In this document: one piece after another, positions 58,148 through 64,000 of the stretch
Layout of the letters: every line of letters starts with the position of its first letter
How positions within the stretch are numbered: the stretch's first letter is position 1
Assembly: GCA_051313645.2 (NCBI GenBank)
Contig: JBNRSN020000031.1
Coordinates: forward strand, 34,162,001 to 34,226,000
From: Centroscyllium fabricii
Taxonomy: Eukaryota
DNA length: 64,000 nt
Reading direction: 5' to 3'
Position numbers and translations under genes: made by a program
Notes under the pieces: generated by a model
Databases searched by the model: none
What the model was told of the DNA's origin: nothing
Seen by the model: the letters and a program-made list of their open reading frames with translations, nothing else

Positions 58148-61100
58148 TGTGGTAATATTGAACAGACTTCCGGAGGAAGACTAAGGGGTGAACTCTGTAC
58201 ATGTCACTTCCTGTTTCCTGTTACTATAAATACTGGAACTGCAGTATGGGGAGAAAGCTTCACCTGGAAGCATGGTAAAACCCGTCTTTGTACATAGTGA
58301 TAATGTAGTGGATTAAAGCTTTGCTTTAAGTTATTGATGTATCAGACTCCATTATTACATCAATTTAATCAACAAAAAACTTCACGCTCAAAATCCTTAA
58401 AACATTTGGACAGCACGGAACTGAGGATCCAGGGACCAACCCATCATGGAAAGCCTCCTCAAACCGACTCGACTGGATCTGGACCCAAATGCACCAGCAG
58501 CTACCAAGGTATGGAAGCATTGGTTCCATACTTTTGAGAATTTTCTTGAAGAATGTTATGAGGATGCCTCTACCAAACTACGATTACTTGTGAATTATGT
58601 GTCCCCAAACGTATATGAATATGTTGATAAATGGGATAACTATAATGAGGTAATCCAAGCACTGAAAGAACTATATACTAAGGCCCCAAACGAGGTATAT
58701 GCTAGACATTTACTGTCCACGGCCCAACAAAGGCCAGGGCAATCGATTCAGGAGTTCCTTCAAGAACTTCACAGGCTCAGTGTAGATTGTAATTTTAAGG
58801 CAGCCTCGGCTGAGGTGTACCGCGAAGAAATTATTCGAGATGCTTTCATCTGCGGGATCGCCTCTCCATTTATATGCCAGTGTCTGCTAGAGAGAAAAAT
58901 GCTTGAGCTATCAAAGGCTTTTGACCTGGCTTGTGCTCTGAACTTGGCAAAAAAAAATTCAGACCTCTATCAGCTGCCCAGATATCGAACTGCTGCTGCA
59001 ACTGCAATCAGACCATTCAAGGGGCCTCAGGTGGACCCTATCATGGAAGAATATAGTCCTGATGAGTTCAGTGATGAGGAGGAGGATGACCCCACTTTAG
59101 CAGCCTCTTGGCAATCTAGAAAGAAATGCTTCTTTTGTGGAGACTCTTTCCACCCTAGGAAAGTCTGCCCTGCTTGCAATGCAATCTGCAGTCATTGCAG
59201 AAAAAAGGGACACTTTGCAAAAGTTTGCCAATCAAGAGCCTCTACGAGGGCCTATCAAGCCAAGGCCTACCAAGCTGCCCCAATTAGGGCCGATCAAGAT
59301 GCTCCAGCTAGGACCTATCGAGCTCCCTCTCGAAGAAACACACCTAGAATTACAGCCTCCCTCTGTGCAACCACACCAATTACAGCTGCCTGCCCTCAAA
59401 ATTTATTTCATGCAGCCACAAAAGTCTCAATTAATGGGCATACCTTTGATGCCTTAATTGACTCAGGAAGTACTGATAGTTTCATTAGAAAACAGATTGT
59501 TGAGAAATTGAAACTACATGGCTTCCCATCAGACCAGGCAATTGCAATGGCTCAGTCATCACTTAATACCAGAATCTCCGGCTTTTGTATTATTGACATG
59601 ACACTTAATGGCCGCATGTATCCCTCCACTCGGCTCTCAGTGCTCAAGGACTTATGTAGTGATCTTATCCTAGGGCTGGAGTTTCAAAAACAGCATAAAA
59701 AACTCATCATTGAGTTCGGCGGATCCAAACCTGGACTTACTATTTCTAATATACCGTCTAAATCATCATTTTGTGCACTGTCAGCAGCTTCACTTGATGA
59801 ACCCTCATTATTCGCCAGTATTCCTCCTCAATGCAAACCAATAATAACCAAATCTCGACGCTTCAGTCAGGAAGATCAATCTTTCATTGAGACAGAAATC
59901 TCTCGTCTTTTAGCAGAGAACATCATTGAACCATGTTCATCGCCCTGGTGGGCTCAAATCGTCATCGTTAAGAACCCTCTAAAACCTCACAAAAAACGAC
60001 TATGCATTGATTACTCTCAAACTGTTAATCAATATACTGACCTGGATGCCAACCCATTGCCACGCATTGATGACATGGTTAATAAACTGGCTGAATATAA
60101 AGTGTTCTCAACCTATGATTTAAAGAGTGCCTATCATCAGGTACCCCTACGGGTCTCCAATAAGAAGTACACGGCCTTTGAGGCTAATGGACGGCTGTAT
60201 CAATTTCATCGCCTCCCATTCGGGGTCACTAATGGAGTGGCTGTCTTTCAACAGGCAATGGATGGCCTCGTTGAGCAGGAAAACTTAAGGGATACTTTTC
60301 CCTAACTTGATAACATTACTATTGCAGGCCACGACCAGCAGGAACATGATGCCAACCTCCAAAGATTTCGGGATGCTCTCCATCACCGTAACTTAACTTT
60401 AAATGAATCCAAATCTGTGGAGTCGCAACCGACCATCAACATTCTTGGCTACTGCGTAGGCAATGGTATCATTAAACCAGACCCGGAAAGACTTCGCCCG
60501 CTCCAGGAGCTCCCTCCACCTAACAATCCGGCTTCTTTACGTCGGGCCCTCGGTCTGTTTGCATACTACGCTAAATGGATTCTGAATTTTTCAGATAAAA
60601 TTCAGCCCTTGCTGAATGCCAGAACATTTCCGTTGGGAACAGTGGCTGTTGCAGCCTTTAACCTTCTCAAGAAACAGTTGGAGAAAGCGACTCTTCACTC
60701 CATCAATGAGAACCTCCCTTTCGTAGTCGAATGTGATGCCTCGGAGGTGGCGATCTCAGCTACTCTAAATCAAGAAGGCCGTCCTGTAGCATTCATGTCC
60801 AGGACCTTACAAGGTGCTGAGATACATTATCCTCCGGTTGAGAAGGAAGCCACAGCCATCATAGAGGCAGTACGGAAGTGGAACCATTTCCTAGCTCGCT
60901 GGCGCTTTACATTAATCACGGACCAGCGATCAGTTGCCTTCATGCTTGATAATCGAAAGCGAACTAAAATTAAGAACAAAAAAATACAGCTTTGGAGGAT
61001 GGAATTGGCCTCTTTTGGTTACACCATTCACTATCGACCTGGCAAAGAGAATGTGGCCCCGGATACCCTCACACGAGCATTCTGCTCTGCTATGTCATCC

Positions 61101-62709
61101 TCTACTCTCATAGACATCCATGATGGATTGTGTCATCCTGGCGTGACTCGCATGTTACATTTCGTGCGATCACGGAATCTCCCATTTTCTACTGGAGGTA
61201 TAAAGAAAATGTGCTCCGAATGCCGAACTTGTGCAGAATTGAAAACTCAGTTCTTCCGTCCCCCAGATGGTGTGCTCATACACGCAACCCAACTGATGCA
61301 ATGACTTAGTATCGACTTCAAGGGCCCATTGCCCTCTTCAACACAGAACACATATCTGCTCACAATGATTGATGAATATTCACGATTTCCGTTTGCCTTC
61401 CCCTGCTCCAATATGCTGGCATCCACTGTAATCAACTGCCTTGAGCAAGTATTTTCTCTTTGTGGCATGGCGGCCTACATTCACTCAGATCGGGGTCCAT
61501 CTTTTATGTCAAGCGAACTGAAGGACTACCTCTCAGAACGGGGAATTGCGACAAGCAAAACGATGCCATCGGGAATGGACAGGTAGAGAGATATAACGGA
61601 ATCATCTGGAATTCCGTACGGCTTGCTTTAAAATCTCAGAGCCTACCAATCCAGCAATGGGAAGCAGTGCTTCCGGATGCATTACACTCTATACGGTCCC
61701 TTCTGTCTACAGCCACAAATACTACACCTCATGAACGGTTCTTTGGATTCCAGCATTGCTCATCTTATGGGGCATCTCTTCCATCATGGCTAACTACTCC
61801 GGGACCCGTACTGCTCCAAAGATACGTTCGGGCATCTAAAAATGACCCTCTCATAGATGAGGTCGAACTAACTGATGCCAACCTTACCTATGCCTATATA
61901 CGATATCCCGACGGTTGAGAGTCTACCATATCATTGCGGGACCTGGCACCCTGCCCACCAGGACCTAGAGGGACGCCAAGGGATAATATCCTACCAGGGG
62001 CCTCCAGGGACCCACCGGTTACCACTCTCCAGGACCCGGATCTGACACCAACTAGCTTTGTGCCGGTCAAATCCCACACTCGAAGTTACGACCCGCCAAG
62101 TACCTCTTTCCAGGACACTGACCAGACACCAACCGACTCGGAGCCCGTGGGGGCTCGTACATGGAGTCATGATCCTCCCGGTGCCTCACGCCAAAGTGCC
62201 AATTGGCCACAGACCAGCTCTGTGCCTTCCCCTGACCAGGGACAAACCAGCTCTGCACCTATTGGAGCTCGTACGCGGAGCCATGATCTCCCCGACCCTT
62301 CACAGGGTAATCCAGGCCACGCAGGTTCTGACCTGTGGCCAACAGCAGGTAAACAGTCCAGAGACCCCGATATTGTCCATGGGGACGGACCATCAACCCA
62401 GCAACGAGAACTCAAACGGGTGCGTCTCCTCCTTGTTCGGCTACTCCGGAATAAAAAGAAGATTCCCGCCTTTTAATTTTGCAGGAGGGAAGAATGTGGT
62501 AATATTGAACAGACTTCCGGGGGAAGACTAAGGGGTGAACTCTGTACATGTCACTTCCTGTTTCCTGTTACTATAAATACTGGAACTGGAGTATGGGGAG
62601 AAAGCTTCACCTGGAAGCATGGTAAAACCCGTCTTTATACATAGTGATAATGTAGTGGATTAAAGCTTTGCTTTAAGTTATTGATGTATCAGACTCCATT
62701 ATTACATCA
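58148..62709 (+). mobile_element. Full-length Ty3/Gypsy element with disrupted pol
   Basis: 215-bp LTRs (58148-58362, 62495-62709) with 3 differences; 5-bp TSD AGTGC; PPT aggagggaagaa. Confidence 0.95.
58446..62476 (+). pseudogene. Gypsy gag-pol with in-frame stops and a frameshift
   Basis: gag CFFCG..H..C / CSHCRKKGHFAKVC; protease DSGS; RT FP*LDN; RNase H ECDAS; integrase HSDRG; stops at 60303, 61302 and 61916, frameshift at ~61570. Confidence 0.9.
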
Positions 62710-62849
62710 AGTGCTATCTGGAAGACGGTAACATCTTCAAGTCATTCCTTTCCTTTAGAGAGAGATAGCCTGGACCTTTAGACCCAATTAAGCATCTTAT
62801 AGAATTCAGCTATCTTTAACTTTAGTTGAAGGTGAAGGTCAGGGGAAAT

Positions 62850-63879
62850 TAAGAACATAAGAACATAAGAAATAGGAGCAGGAGTAGGCCAATTGGCCCC
62901 TCGAGCCTGCACTGCAATCCAACAAGATCATGGCTGATCTGATCCTAACCTCAAATCTACTTTCACTCTCCATCTCGCCCGAACCCATGTGATCTTCTGG
63001 GAGAGGTGAAAAACCAGACAAAAACCCATTGTCCAATTTGGGGGGAAAAATCTGGGAAATTCCTCTCCGACCCATCTAGGCGATCGAAACTTGTCCAGAT
63101 CACATGGCCGATCTGAATCTAGCCTCACGTCCACTTACCTGCCCGCTCACCGTAACCCCTAATTCCCTCTACTTCTAGGAAACTGTGTATCTCGGTTTTA
63201 AATTTATTCAGAGTAGTAGCTTCCACAGCTCTCTGGGGCAGAAAATTCCACAGACCCACCACCCTCTGAGTGAAGAAGTTTCTTCTCAGCCCAGTTTTGA
63301 AAGGGCAGCCCCTTACTCTCTCAGATTATGCCCCCTAGTTCTAGTCTCACCCATCAGTGGAAACATCCTCACCACATCCACCCGATCAAGCCCCTTCACA
63401 ATCTTATATGTTTCGATAAGATCGCCTCTCACTCTTCTGAATTCCAATGAGCTGAGGCCCAACCTACTCAACCTTTCCTCATAAGTCAACCCCCTCATCT
63501 CCAGAATCAACCGAGTGAATCTTCTCTGAACTGCCTCGAGAGCAAGTATATCCTTTCCCAAATATGGAAACCAAAACTGTACGCAGTATTACAGATGTGA
63601 CCTCACCAATACCCTGAATAACTACAGCAGGACTTCCCTGTTTTTACCCCCCTTGCAATAAAGGCCAAGATTCTATTGACCTTCCGGATCACCTGCTGTA
63701 CCTGTATACTAACCTTCTGTGTTTCATGCACCATGACCCCCAGATCCCTTTGTACTTTAGAACTTTGAAGTTTCTCTCCATTCAGATAATAATTGGCTCT
63801 TTGATTTTTTTTGCCAAAGTGCATAACCTCACATTTTCCAACATTATATTCCATCTGCCAAATCTTTGCCCACTCACCT
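62850..63879 (-). mobile_element. CR1 LINE 3' fragment
   Basis: MEYNVGKCEVMHFG..QRDLGV..RRVRGDLIETYKI; (ttcttatg)n tail. Confidence 0.88.
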
Positions 63880-64000
63880 TGTAATGGTTTGTGGTAGGGC
63901 CCAAATGCAGAACACCAGAAGTCCGTGTAGAAATAAAATACCTTTTATTTCCGAGTCATCAAATATATATATATATACAAAGTCAGTAACTGCAATGTTC

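Noticed and set aside
63880-64000. Possible start of another LTR (TGTAATGG..., minus-strand AATAAA) interrupting CR1
   Set aside because: Cut off by the window edge, so no partner LTR or TSD can be checked

Overview
Vertebrate genomic DNA, almost certainly a cartilaginous fish (shark), judged from HE1/V-SINE-like, SacSINE1/DeuSINE-like, CR1 and Penelope repeats. It is not prokaryotic and has no CRISPR array. The left third holds coding exons 2-10 of sestrin-2 (SESN2, + strand, 3744-20668, 451 codons plus stop; exon 1 is probably upstream of the window), followed by a repeat-free ~3.2 kb 3' UTR. The remaining ~40 kb is nested transposable elements: CR1, L2 and Rex1 LINE fragments, Penelope fragments with minimal hammerhead-ribozyme motifs, pogo/Tigger, PIF/Harbinger and hAT MITEs, tRNA- and 5S-derived SINEs, four Ty3/Gypsy elements (one young CsRn1-clade copy with an uninterrupted gag-pol) and a solo LTR. 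The most notable observations are: a tRNA-type Pol III head fused to an intact minimal hammerhead ribozyme; palindromic mini-elements folded back at the hammerhead core; a four-copy SINE made of the 5S internal control region plus a Rex1-type tail; Tigger-like MITEs packed with NRF1/YY1 motifs in SESN2 introns; two diverged Gypsy elements sharing a YLDN RT active site; clustered ATF4 (AARE) and FOXO sites in SESN2 introns 1-2; and an 11.2 kb five-level nested insertion. Repeat family names come from recognising motifs by eye, not from database searches, and boundaries of degraded repeats are approximate.
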